Of a stretch of 64,000 bases of DNA, positions 50,643-62,189 are shown piece by piece. A program made the translations under genes and the position numbers. Numbering within the stretch: position 1 is the stretch's first letter; every line of letters begins with the position of its first letter. The notes below the pieces were generated by a model. It did not search any database, had not been told where the DNA came from, and saw nothing but the letters and a program-made list of their open reading frames with translations. Origin of the DNA: Schizochytrium sp. TIO01 (taxonomy: Eukaryota; Protista; Bigyra: Labyrinthulomycetes); contig SMSO01000031.1 of NCBI GenBank assembly GCA_004764695.1, positions 9,592,761 to 9,656,760 of the forward strand, read 5' to 3'.

Positions 50643-52372
50643 AGAGTGACCACCACCAGCAGCAGCGAGAACGTCGAGACCATCGCGCTAGCCTGTCGAG
50701 ATCTTTCAGCACGGTTTCGAATTACCCCGACTGAGCGGACCCGCGGCGATCGTGGTTGTGGCTCGAACTTCAATCGATCCAAGTCGATCCAAGTCGATCC
50801 AAGTCGAGCCTGAGCTCGCGTATCTATGTATGTATGTATGTATGTTTGCATGTTTGCATGTTTGCATGTTCGCATGTTTGTATGTATGTATCCCTGCTTC
50901 AGATGCCGAGGCCCAACCAATCGCTCGTTGCCTCGCGATCAAGGAAGGAGAATCGCGGCGGAGGACGTTGACGAGGCCACATGAACCCTTGGCTCAGGCA
51001 GCCTGGGTTTGACGAACCATGGTTCCCGTGGATAGATAGTCAGGAAGCTAACTGTGCAATTCATTGTGCAATTCATTGTACAATTCGTTGTGCAATTCGC
51101 TGTGCAATTTATGGTACACACCGGCCACCAGCACCTCGTTGGCCATTTCAGACGGGAGACCATTGGCGATGGTGGACATGGCCGACCTCGACGACCAAGG
51201 TAGCGACGGCTGCGGCAGCCGAGGAGGTAGTTGGCATTGTCTTGCGGCGCCGGAGCAGCATGTTGTTTGATGGAATTGCACCGCTCGAGCGAACTTCTGT
51301 GGGTAAAACCAATCGAAGCGCCCTGTCATCTATCTATATGGATCGTCGAGGAGGCCTTCGCGTGGGCCAGAAGAAGTCTGATCGCCAGAAACCTCGCGAG
51401 AAGGATTGATGAAGGACGCAGCTTGCGATAGCTGATGGCTGCAAAAATAATGGCCAAGAGCACCTGCGTTGTAAGCCCTCAAAGTTGGGTTCGTTGCGAT
51501 GGACTTGGCGACGACTCGCAGCAGCAGCAGCAGCTGGCATGCGTGTGGCCGGCGGAGAAGATCTCTCTTGCCAGGCTTGATGATGCAAGGTCCGGTGTTA
51601 TTCTATTCATGAAGAGCTCAGCGGGAATGAATTTATAGCAATGCTGACTTGTTGACTTGAAAGCTCGCGGAAAGAAAGCATCTGCAGCCTCCATGGCCAT
51701 CTGCAGACTCGAGAACTAGGCTCTTCTGGGAAACCTCGTCATTCATTCTCGTCCATTTCGAAGCGGCCCGTCATCTTGTTGAGCTCACTAGATGCAGGAC
51801 GGAAGTCGCTTGATGCGTGGATGCCTTTTGCGGGGGCCTCGCCGTCGCTGATGACCTCAGGAACCAAGAACCTCTTCATCACCGTATCGAAGTGCGTGAA
51901 GGCTCTGTAGCAGTAGCGTAGTTGAAGATAATCCTATCCGAGCCAAATTTTGGAGGACCGCAATAAGAATACAGAACCTTGACGCACGCAGCCGTTCTAA
52001 GCTGGCCCCTCAATGGTGTCTGCATCCGAAGCACCAAAGTCGCTTCGATCTTGAGTAGATTCGCTGCTACACCAGCTTTTATAAGAAAACTATAGCTATC
52101 TTGTTGCGTCCTTTCGTGCCCCATATTTTAGTTTGTTTCCAACGTTTTCTTCATCGTGAACCTCACATGGAGCACCGACACGTAAACCCTGAGTCGAGAT
52201 TCCCTTCATGTTGAAAAACCGTATAAGACGAGCTCCATCTTGGCAGAGCCAAACCCAAATCAGACTCCTTGAGAGGTTGCCAAGGCACGCTTCGCCTGAG
52301 CAGAACTGGATTTGATACTGTTTCGTGTTTGAAAAATCTCTTGTTGGAAAGGTCAATTCTTAAAGTTCGACC

Positions 52373-53914
52373 ATGAGCGACGGCAAACACGCTTCAAGGC
52401 CGGCGTGGAGGCCCGGGGCGCTGGATATTTGTACGCAGGCGGCCCCTCTGAGGCTCCCGGCAACGCTTGGGCCCCAAGCACCAACCCACAAGGAGCTACT
52501 GCTCTCCACAGCAAGTTCGTTCACCAGCATCTGCGGCTCATTGTCATCGGCAACTTCAACGCCATCTTCTTCGCCGGACCGGACCCCGGCACCGCCGCCT
52601 CCACGAGTGGCCTCTAAGCATAAACTGCCCTCCGAACCCAATCAAGCTTTTCGTGAAGCTCTCTGGGAGCTGTGGACCAACGGAGTTGTGCAGGGATCTT
52701 TGGTTGCACGTTCTTCGACGTCAGATAGAAGTGGATTGGGATCCTCGTGGAAGTCTCAAGATTTCGCAACAATGATCGATCCCGAGGACCTCGAAGAAAT
52801 GGAGATTGAGAGCACACAAACTCGCACAAATAACACCTCGAACGCCTCAGAAAGAGTCCCATTCTTCAGGAGAAGATATGCAAGAAGGTTCTGGTGCTGT
52901 TCATGTTTGTGGGACAACACATGCCGCGGAAAGCAAGCAATCCTGATGATTCCTTTCGGCCTCGCGGGCTTGAGCTTCGTGCTTTGGGTGCTTGTGAAAT
53001 TCGGCATGTCAGTGGTTGCTGCTGACGATGACTACTGTTGGGGAACCTTGCCTTCAGAGTTTAGGCCGCACTGGGTGCCCGGCAGAGACCTCTTGCGTAG
53101 TGGCGCATTGCATGACCAGGAGTTATGGAGATTGCCAGCAGATGGATTCGACTCCCTACAAGGTATCACTGTGGACGACTCCTTTTCGAAGCTTTTCACG
53201 TTTCACCGCAACGGTGCAAGGGTATTTAGCATCGGCGTGGAGAACGGCACTATTCTCGGGGTTGAGAACGTAGTATTGTATAATATGTCGAAGGACTTTG
53301 GAAAAATTATTGACTATCCGGTATGGCACATCGGAGGTGTTGATTGGGCATCCTCAGATGAGTTCGGTCAGGAAATCTGGCTCGCAACGCACGCAGAACA
53401 AGTCAACACCGAAGGGGGCCTTTTCGCCGTAGATGCGAAAACTTTACGGCCAATTGCATCCAGATCAGCAGCCAAGGCCAAAGGGGATGGGTGGGACTGG
53501 GTCGCTTTCCATCCTGGCACACACAGGCTGTATTATGGTACATTTTGGAACGTACGGTCTGTGCGCTGGGTCGACATTGTGGACCTTGATGATGATGCGG
53601 GTGTCCTCGACATCACTTTCAATGACACTGACCCATTTCGGACTAACGGCTTGCAATATATTCAAAGCGCTACAATCGACGCAGAAAATAACTGGCTTTA
53701 CTTGATCTCGGACGATGCCTCGAACACACTTACTCAGATTGATCTCGCAACAGGCCGTGCCCTACGTCATGAACCTCTCTTTGCTGGAAACGAGGCCGAT
53801 GGCATTGGTTTCCACGCAGGTCGCAATACCCTTCTCTGTGGCTATAACCGTCAACATAGTCATGAAGATGATAAAGAGATCCTCTCTATTCTTGAATTTC
53901 ATCTCGTTCGGTAA
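52373..53914 (+). CDS. Single-pass (type II) membrane protein with predicted beta-propeller C-terminal domain, 513 aa; paralog A
   Basis: Ser/Pro-rich N-terminus, RRFWCCSC, TM segment ILMIPFGLAGLSFVLWVLVKFG, then blade-like motifs LQGITVD, WDWVAFHP, YIQSATID, EADGIGFH and several N-x-S/T sequons. Confidence 0.88.
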   Translation: MSDGKHASRPAWRPGALDICTQAAPLRLPATLGPQAPTHKELLLSTASSFTSICGSLSSATSTPSSSPDRTPAPPPPRVASKHKLPSEPNQAFREALWELWTNGVVQGSLVARSSTSDRSGLGSSWKSQDFATMIDPEDLEEMEIESTQTRTNNTSNASERVPFFRRRYARRFWCCSCLWDNTCRGKQAILMIPFGLAGLSFVLWVLVKFGMSVVAADDDYCWGTLPSEFRPHWVPGRDLLRSGALHDQELWRLPADGFDSLQGITVDDSFSKLFTFHRNGARVFSIGVENGTILGVENVVLYNMSKDFGKIIDYPVWHIGGVDWASSDEFGQEIWLATHAEQVNTEGGLFAVDAKTLRPIASRSAAKAKGDGWDWVAFHPGTHRLYYGTFWNVRSVRWVDIVDLDDDAGVLDITFNDTDPFRTNGLQYIQSATIDAENNWLYLISDDASNTLTQIDLATGRALRHEPLFAGNEADGIGFHAGRNTLLCGYNRQHSHEDDKEILSILEFHLVR

Positions 53915-56293
53915 TATCTAAACTCTGTAGTTGCTTATTCTCATTGTGTTCTAATTGCTTATGTGTCTTTTTGTGTGCTGTCAACAATAACACAAACGTA
54001 ACTCATTGCCCTCTCTCAATCCCAAAGACGAGAAAGGTAGATCTTTCTGATTTTCTTTACGTCTTGAGTTCTTCACACCTAATGTATAACGCTAGCATAT
54101 CTAGCAAATAACAACAACACATGTTTCAATTCTACCTTTATCAAATCTCACTTCCTTAGAACGGTCGCTGTTTGATAAATAGTCCTGGTAAGATGAAATC
54201 CAGAGTCCAATTCCCTTCAGAGATCACATACCCTGAAAGTTTTCAAGAGATGACCTGACAAGCGGATACCTGTCTACCGTTCTTTCACTGTAACTCTGAA
54301 CTCCGAACCTATTTTGTAATACTGAAACATTTCGAAGTCCGTCCACCAATGGCCAGCTATTTTCTTGGGTAGATAAACTCTTCATGCAAGAAGTCTTGGC
54401 GCTAGACGCGCGCCAACCTCCTCTGCTCAGAGAACTTTGCGACCTTCTCGCCACGACTCTTACAAATGTTTTGTGGACAGTCTTTCTGGTACCGATTGTG
54501 AAGAATCGAGCAAACGAAATAAAGCTAGGGGCCAGGAAAAAGTAAAAATAAGTTACTTTTATCCACTTGCTACTCTCGAAGCTTCTCGCAGCCATTCACG
54601 ACCAGAAGGAAAAGCAGTATCCCTTTATCTCTAAGGATTGATAAATTTACCTGTGTCTCTTGAAAATATTGAAAGTGATTTATGGATAATACTGACTGAT
54701 ACGAAAGCAAGGTGTATTTCTTAGCAAAATGTTACTGGAGGTTGCAAAGTAAGAAAACTTTTAAAATATAATAGCAATACAGTCAAACAGTTAGTATTGA
54801 GAAACCAAGCTCGTTACTTGGGGCATCTGTAGCAATATTCCAGCTATATGAAGTGTGAAAATGTCAGTGATCAGGAATTTGGGTTCTGGTTCTCTATATT
54901 CTTTGATTGTGTCAACACTTGCGTATGGACTAACTCTGGCATCTCACAAAATCCTGAAATTGCCAGAAAATGTATTATAAGAGTTTATACGGAGAGACCC
55001 AAAGTTAAGTAGAAAAGGCAGAATTGGGATTGGAGCAATTTAAAAAAAATTTGGCGATCAAGATTGTAGGCGAACTAGTGATCCGAAGAAAACGAATGTG
55101 AGTTCTCTCGAAGAAGCCACGTTGGAGATCTCGTTCACCAAAACGTAATAATTCTTCTATGCGCTTTAAACACGCAAGTTGTATTCAATAGTTTATCCTT
55201 TGAATTGTTGCTGCGCCAATATAAAATCTCATGCAAGTCAGCACGACTCAGCCTCCTCTGACCGTTTTGTCAATCAGGGACTTTGCTGTTTCAAATGGTA
55301 ACACTTGAAGTATAACAGAGTGTAGGTAATTAACTATCTGAAGAAGTTCTGGTTTCAATCGTGAAATGCATTGATCTGTAAGGCGGGTTTCTTGTTTAAA
55401 TGACACTTTCTTTTAAACTCCCAAGGTATGTGGTAGGTAGGTATTAGTAGGTAGATAACGCAGTAATCTCAGGCTACTACTTTTATTTTGTATTTGCAAA
55501 TGACCATTTCCTTTTCTCCTGTTGTTCATTCTTTTGTTAACTTTTGACATCGAAACGACTTCTTATCAGTTTTCTGACGGTTCGACGAGAATATGGCTGC
55601 AACCAAAAGCACGACCATTCAAGTGACCCCTGGTTTCCTGCAAAGCTAGTATCGTGTCGAGACCGCTACTGCAGCTTGGTTGTTTGTTAGTCTTGGGGCA
55701 GCAGCACTGCGAAAACTGGTTGAAGCGGCGGAGTCTCGTTTTCTTGCACCTTTGGCATCTGCCATCCTCGCCTCCATCCATTCCATCGCCGACCATAAGA
55801 GAAGAAAGAAGCTCAGGTATATATAACCCGAGGCCAACTCTCGCCACCAGGGCTGGGTGGCAAAGGGCAATTCCGTCCACACCTCAAGTGACAACGGCTG
55901 CACTAAGAGAAAGAGCCTTCGTGACGTCGCGGAGTCGGTCTTGTTTAAAAGCAAACAACCTGAGGCGTCTTGATTCTGAGGTGGAGGGAAAAGAACTTGA
56001 TACACCTGTTTGGCAAGCTAATTGAGCGCTTGGGAAGCGCGAAGTTTTGCAAAGGAAATAGCAGGTCGCCAAAGGGGAATCCATTTTTTCTTTGCATTAG
56101 AAAGGCAGTCTTGTCAGTGTTTCTAGTAGCCTCGTCTTTCGGCATTTGCATTTGCAGCTGCTAGTAATACTTTTATTTCACACTCGCCACTCTCTGACTA
56201 CTACATTGAGTACCAAGCCTAGCAGGTTGAACACGAATTTTTGCTTTGATTGGAGTAGTGTAGTTTAGGTTTCAGAAAGACGCTTCGACGCTC

Positions 56294-57532
56294 ATGCTAG
56301 CTTTTGAAACGTCAAGGCAGTCACCTCTGCCACCACATTTGCAGCGCCCACCAGAAGCTCCAGAGCAGGAGCCTTTCGTAAGACCTCGAGCAAATCGATG
56401 GTGGTGCCTTTCGCGCCTTCGTAGCAGCAACTCAAGATGGAATTGCCACGGCAAGCAAGCGATCTTGATGATTCCATTCGGTATAGCTGGCCTTAGCTTT
56501 GTTTTATGGGTTCTCATTCGATTTGGAGTAACTACAATCAAGGCTAATAGTGATCAGTGTTGGGGCGAATTTTATGACATGCAGAGACCACGGTGGGCTC
56601 CTGGCCGGGATATATTTCGTACAGAACTGTCTTACAACACAGGCTCGGTACCGCGCCAAATTGTTGGTGAGAAGGAAGACTATTATGACGCATACGATAT
56701 ATCAAAAGAAGAAACAAGTACGAACGAAGAAATTACAGACTGGTGGAAACTACCCGTTAATGCAAGTGGACTGCAAGGTTTAGCTTTGAATAGCGCTTCT
56801 ACTATGCTGTATGCATTCTATGACTTCAAGGCTCGTGTTTTTGTTCTCGACAAAGACTCTGGATCGATTCTCGGTCTTGATAGGTCTCAGACCTACGATG
56901 ATGCGGCATTGGGTATGATTTTAGAGAAGAATATTTCATCCATTACAAACACGGAATGGGTGCATACCAAAAAGTACGGCGAAGAAATATGGCTTGTATG
57001 CCAAGGTGGTGAAAATCAAGAGGAGACTGGACTATTCGCGGTGGACGCGGATAACCTAAATGCTCTCCCTTCCCGACGCGCTGCCGTCCGAACTAGCATT
57101 GATACTCAGCAACTTGCATGGCTTGCCTATGATTCGCTTTCTCAGCGACTCTATTATGGGGAGATGCTTAATCTCACTGTTGTCCATTGGGTAGATATTC
57201 TTGCTCTGGATGAGGAAAAGGGTGAGCTTTTGCTTCAATTCAATGTAACTGATCCATTCCGTACGAATGGGCTGCAATATATCAGAGGGGCAACTGTTGA
57301 CCCTCGACGAAATGCTCTCCTGCTCATCGCAGATGATGCTTCAAATACCCTTAGTGAGGTTAGTCTTGAAACCGGCCAAATTTTGCGCCACCAAGCTCTT
57401 TTAGCAGGAAACGAAGTGAATGGTCTTGCTTTCAATGTCGTACGAGAAACCTTATTGGCAGGTTATAATCGGAAGCACAGCCATGAACAGGAGACCCACG
57501 TTTCTGTGAATGAATACTATTTAATTCCTTAG
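56294..57532 (+). CDS. Single-pass membrane beta-propeller-like protein, 412 aa; paralog B
   Basis: Shares GKQAILMIPFG.AGLSFVLWVL..FG, W.PGRD, LQG, EEIWL, GLFAVDA, RLYYG, DPFRTNGLQYI, DDASNTL, AGNE and GYNR.HSHE with 52373-53914. Confidence 0.88.
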   Translation: MLAFETSRQSPLPPHLQRPPEAPEQEPFVRPRANRWWCLSRLRSSNSRWNCHGKQAILMIPFGIAGLSFVLWVLIRFGVTTIKANSDQCWGEFYDMQRPRWAPGRDIFRTELSYNTGSVPRQIVGEKEDYYDAYDISKEETSTNEEITDWWKLPVNASGLQGLALNSASTMLYAFYDFKARVFVLDKDSGSILGLDRSQTYDDAALGMILEKNISSITNTEWVHTKKYGEEIWLVCQGGENQEETGLFAVDADNLNALPSRRAAVRTSIDTQQLAWLAYDSLSQRLYYGEMLNLTVVHWVDILALDEEKGELLLQFNVTDPFRTNGLQYIRGATVDPRRNALLLIADDASNTLSEVSLETGQILRHQALLAGNEVNGLAFNVVRETLLAGYNRKHSHEQETHVSVNEYYLIP

Positions 57533-58040
57533 AAGCCCTTCCTTCCCTTTTTGTCGAACCTTCATATTGGTTTGATTTTGTTAATATATTTGTACAGCGT
57601 TATTAAATGAATACACCTAGTTTAGAATTTATTATTATTATCATTGTCGGTGATGCATGCATTTTTTCTGCTTGTAATCCAACGTAAGATCGAGATATAA
57701 GTACAGCCCACACCTTCTGGTATTCTCTGGAACAATAGAGGCGTTGCCTGTATTGTTAGCCCTTTCTTCCTTTTGAGGAATCTATTACATGCATGCACCG
57801 AATGGTAGCTTAAGCGTTCTCCTCTTCAGTGTTATGTATGATCATCAACAATCTTTAGGTATGTACAGACTACGTCATGCACTCTGTGTTCTTTTCACAA
57901 CTTTTCATTCTACTTGTTCTATTTGTTCTACTTGTTCTATCCAAGATGACCGTTCATAAGGACCCTGCTTACCTCAAAGTCATCATTTCGGATAATCTAT
58001 TTGTTGCCAAAGCCAATCCTGGGACACAAAGAGAATCAAT

Positions 58041-59396
58041 ATGAACAACGATGATGAGGAGGCAGTCACACCCGCGGCCTCGCCTCTTAGTCCACCGTCG
58101 AGTCCTCTTAGCCCGGCAGCTACAGCTCTTGCTCAGCGGTGGAAGCAAGAGGCTCAAGCACTTCGTGAACAGCAACAAACACAAGCCCATACACAGGATG
58201 TAAAACGCGAAGAAGGGAGCAACTCGGCTGATCATATCAAAGCAAGAAAAGACTCTGGCGCTTCTGTGGAAGCGAAGGACAAAAAGAAACTGAACAACTC
58301 AGAAGTAAATGATGAAGATGAGAGTCCTGCTGATGAAGATGAAAAGGATCAAGATGACCCTTTTGAAGACAAGATCGACGTGCTAGGCACATGGGAGTAT
58401 CTCGATCAAGCTAGTGATAAACTTGTTGAATATCTTGATCGTATGGCTGACGCTTTTTCTTACAGTGGACAAGGTAAGTTAATTGTATTTTACGTATTTG
58501 CCTAATTTGAAGGCTGACGAAGGCTCGTGATACACGCTCTCTCTCTATGATCAGGTGTCGGGCTCAGCAATCTTAACGTGCGTAGTGCATGGAACCGATG
58601 TATCAAATTTCGCAGCACAGTCCGTGAGCGCAAATTAGATGAAGCAATTGACAGATTAAAAGAGGTGAAAACCAAACTTTTTGATGAAGAGCTTGGTACC
58701 ATGTCAGAAGAGTTGCGTAAAGAAGCAGAAACTTTTCTGAAGGGCCATTCTTATGTTTTGCGTGAACTGAAAGAATTCAGGAAAAACCTTCAGCATTTGA
58801 GCCCAGCTGATCGAGAAGCGGCTGAGGAGTTAGTTCGAGAGGCGTTGGCTGAAGCAGAACCTGTGCCAAATGCAACCCCCCAACTTCAAGTCGCTAAACG
58901 GGGTAGCACTGCTTTGATTGCACTAGATACATTGCGTGCCAGACTTATCCTAGAGCTGAGCATTGCACGGCGTGTTTTGTTGCACAAAGCTGCAAAATAT
59001 GGATGTATCATCCCTGGTCTCAAAGACCGCTTTAGCTTTCAATTGGCACAGGACGCACTACAAGTTGCTGATGAAGAGGATAAGTTCAAGCACATATTTG
59101 CACCTGACCCTCCTCCGGAAGACCCAGGATTCATAATTCGCTACCCTTCGCCGCGAAATCGCGCATTCGAGAACAGAGAGTCGACGTATCAGCAGAAAGT
59201 CAGAGCTTTCAGAGCTACTACTGATGCTCGAGCAGCGTGGCGTTTGCACTCACAGCACATTGACGAAAAGCTGCACCTCCAGGAGATTTCCGAAGTTTTA
59301 GCAGACTCGAGAGCTCAATCCTACATGGCCAACATTCCTGTCAACGAAGAGAATGCTACATCTGCAAGCATTTACAAGGAGGCCCTTATGTTGTAA
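58041..59396 (+). CDS. Hypothetical helical/coiled-coil protein, 2 exons, ~424 aa
   Basis: Exon 1 58041-58473 (donor AAG|GTAAGT), 81-nt phase-1 intron 58474-58554 (branch GCTGAC, acceptor TCAG), exon 2 58555-59396. The splice joins the two ORF-track frames in frame (YSGQ-G-VGLSNLNVRSAW). Confidence 0.85.
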
Positions 59397-59549
59397 CATC
59401 AGACACATGAACGAAGACATTTATTTAGATAAATCGCTTGTAACCATCTCACTTTGTACACTACTCAGCTTCTTTCCAGCATGCTAATAGCTTCTCGTTA
59501 TAATCCCAAAAGTCATTGTTTCTACACGTGCTGGATAGAAGTAATGGTT

Positions 59550-61067
59550 CTTATTATGTCAGTCGACCAGCTGAGGAAGAAGCTCCGCATGCATGGCATG
59601 GCAATGCGAGCATTGGCATGAGGGCTTCTGCAACATGTTGGATGTTAGTAGTTTTTGTTTATCTCAAACAAGATGGATGCAGGTCACCCACCTTGCTCTA
59701 CGAAAGAAGAGACTAGGTCCAGCGGCGCACCTTCCGTATTTGCCCGTGATGCCGAGGCCGTTTTACCTAGGAAAAGTAGATCGAGCGGCGGGTTAGTGCA
59801 GAGCCATGCCAGTGCGTCGTCTTAAACATCGTGGCGAAGATATGTGAAAACTCGTACATAGGTATAGGTTTATCTAGACAAGCAGAAAACCTTTGCTGAA
59901 TTGGATTGGGCCTCCAAGAAGTCCATGGCGCCCTCGTGGAAGTTATGAGACGCTGTGTTTTTTTGCGGCTTTGAGGGTGCATATGTCTTCTTCTTTTTTA
60001 GCATCAATCAATCAGCGCATCACACTGATTGATGCACTCTTGGCGTCAACTACGCATCCTGTGCTGCGTTGCCTTCCCGGAACCCTTCGATTTCCTCGAC
60101 CAATCGATCATGACACTGTCGCGCTTGCAGTCACGGTGTGAAGCGAATCTCACTGCTCCAGTTTTAGTGGTGTGCGTTGACACCTGAGTTACTCAGATAA
60201 ATATATACTAGTACTGCTTTGTTTTCTTTTCTTTTCACAGTTCTTTCAAAGTTTCTTTCTTTTAATTCTGTGAAAAAATGTACAAATTAAAATTTTGGTT
60301 CTATCGAATATATGATAAGAAAGTGAACAAATTGAATTGATCACCGTGCAAGGAATGGAGATGCTAAATGCGGCGCGCGTCTCAAAATCCATGGCCCGAT
60401 TCTCTGCATGAGATGACTTAGCTTGAACCTCTTCCTCCAGCCTACGCCTAGGTTTTCTTCCAGCTGATCGGCTACCCAAGGTCTGCCAAAGTAATGGAAG
60501 AAAGCGTCACTTAAATCCGGCTTCATCGCAGCTGAGGGCTATGTAATATGGAATACTTTAGAAACTCACATTTTTCAAGATGTAGCATGGCCATGCACGA
60601 ACTGCGCATCGCCTCAGCCATACGTCTATAAATTTATGGATTCGCACAATAAAACACGAATGCACAGTGGGAGCGTAGAATCTACCCGCCCGCGAGAACT
60701 CGCTCAGCCCGAGGTCCTGCGCAGGGGCGTCGAAGTTCCTGAATCCCTGGGAGGTTCTGTATCTTGAATCACTAGTAAATGGCCCAAAAGTTAGGTACCT
60801 GGCTGTGGCCAGGGTGTCTTTCCAATCGAGCATCGCACCAATGATCACGCTCCAGAGAAGTTGGTGGGCACCAAGATCCTGAGAAAGCCACAAAACTATT
60901 TGTTTGGAGATCTTCACGCTAATCGATTGAAATTCCGAGATCCCCCTAGAGTCAGTCAGCTGTTTTGGTGAACAACAAAACAAGGGTGGCTCGGGTAAAC
61001 CCTCGAACGATCTCAGAAAAGGGCGAACTGGAGAGTCATGATCAGAGTCCAAGAGTTTCATAACCAA
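59550..61067 (-). pseudogene. Possible decayed, spliced gene remnant
   Basis: Minus strand has two branch point plus acceptor sets (CACTAAC...TTTTCCTAG before 59766; TACTAAC...TTGCAG near 59628) and a donor AAG|GTGGGT at 59691. Protein-like fragments are broken by stops and frameshifts. Confidence 0.3.
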
Positions 61068-62189
61068 ACGATTGATCGATCAGTCAATTCAAGAAAGTTG
61101 GAGTTCATCTCTCAGATCCCCAACTCAATATAAGTGGTGCTAACTGCACCAATTGATCCTAAACTAAGTCCTGCCAAGTGATTGAGCCCACCACTACCGA
61201 ACACCTCGAAAATCTACAGCAGGCACCACCTAGATATGTAGCGGCAAGTTTTAAAGGTTGATCCCTCTTTCACGAGTTTGACTCTCTTTCTCTCTCTCTC
61301 TGACGCTGTGCATTGGTACCTAGGCGACAACTCATAGGCACTGGACATGGTTGTCTATCAAGATTGCATACGATTCTCTTCAAGCTACCAATGATAACAG
61401 ACGAACTTTTAGTTGTTCTACTGTATGACACTATATTTTCTTCTTAATTTACATGAATGCTCGACGCACGTGCAGCACGCGCTCCAAGCAGCGATACTGG
61501 CGGTCTTTTGCTATGGAGCTTGAAGCTTGGTTCTGAGTCGAGCTGTAGTAGCGCTTCTCCGCGAAAGCCTCCTTACCATGTTTTACTCTACAGAGGCTGT
61601 GTACGGACAGGCGTCAGTTTATAGACCTTGACGCGGGCCGCATGGACGAGCCCGAACTTGGACTTGATCGCTCGTTCAGCTGGAGTAGAGCAACAGTGTA
61701 ACCAGAGTGGTATTGTTTATAGTAGATGGTCTCTATGTAAGGAAGTGTTCCCCTTCTTTGGTTTGTCTTTTTGCTTGCTGTACATCGCACGTCTACTAGT
61801 ATGTGGTGACAACAATGATGGTCCTGGTGATTAGTAAGACTGTAGAGGCAGGCGAGCGAATCCACGTTTCGCTATTACGGTATGTCTCGCGTGCAGAGTA
61901 CAAGCATCGTAAGATTACCAAAATTGTGGCTTGAACATAATTACAGATTGAAAGAAAGGAGCGACCTTCTGCTACTAGGGGGCTCCTACAGTATGTCTTA
62001 GGAGAGACTTTAGCGTATTACTTTTTGCGAGAGAGAAATACTCTTTTTGTTAGAATATGAGCGTACCTATCAGAATAAAAAGAGCGACGATTTCTTTTTT
62101 TCTGGCGCTTGCAAACCCTGAATTGTCGTGCGCATTAGCGTGAACCGTGGCAGCTGCAGCTTTTTGTTGAGGCACCTTGGGCTGGGAGG

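Noticed and set aside
50157-50712. ALALAL/IGIGIG repeat ORFs
   Set aside because: Translations of the (AATGCC)n array.
55654-56293. Possible upstream exon of paralog B via a GC-AG intron, giving W-FQKDASTLM similar to WKSQDFATM in paralog A
   Set aside because: No ATG in that frame, non-canonical donor and only weak similarity; needs RNA evidence.
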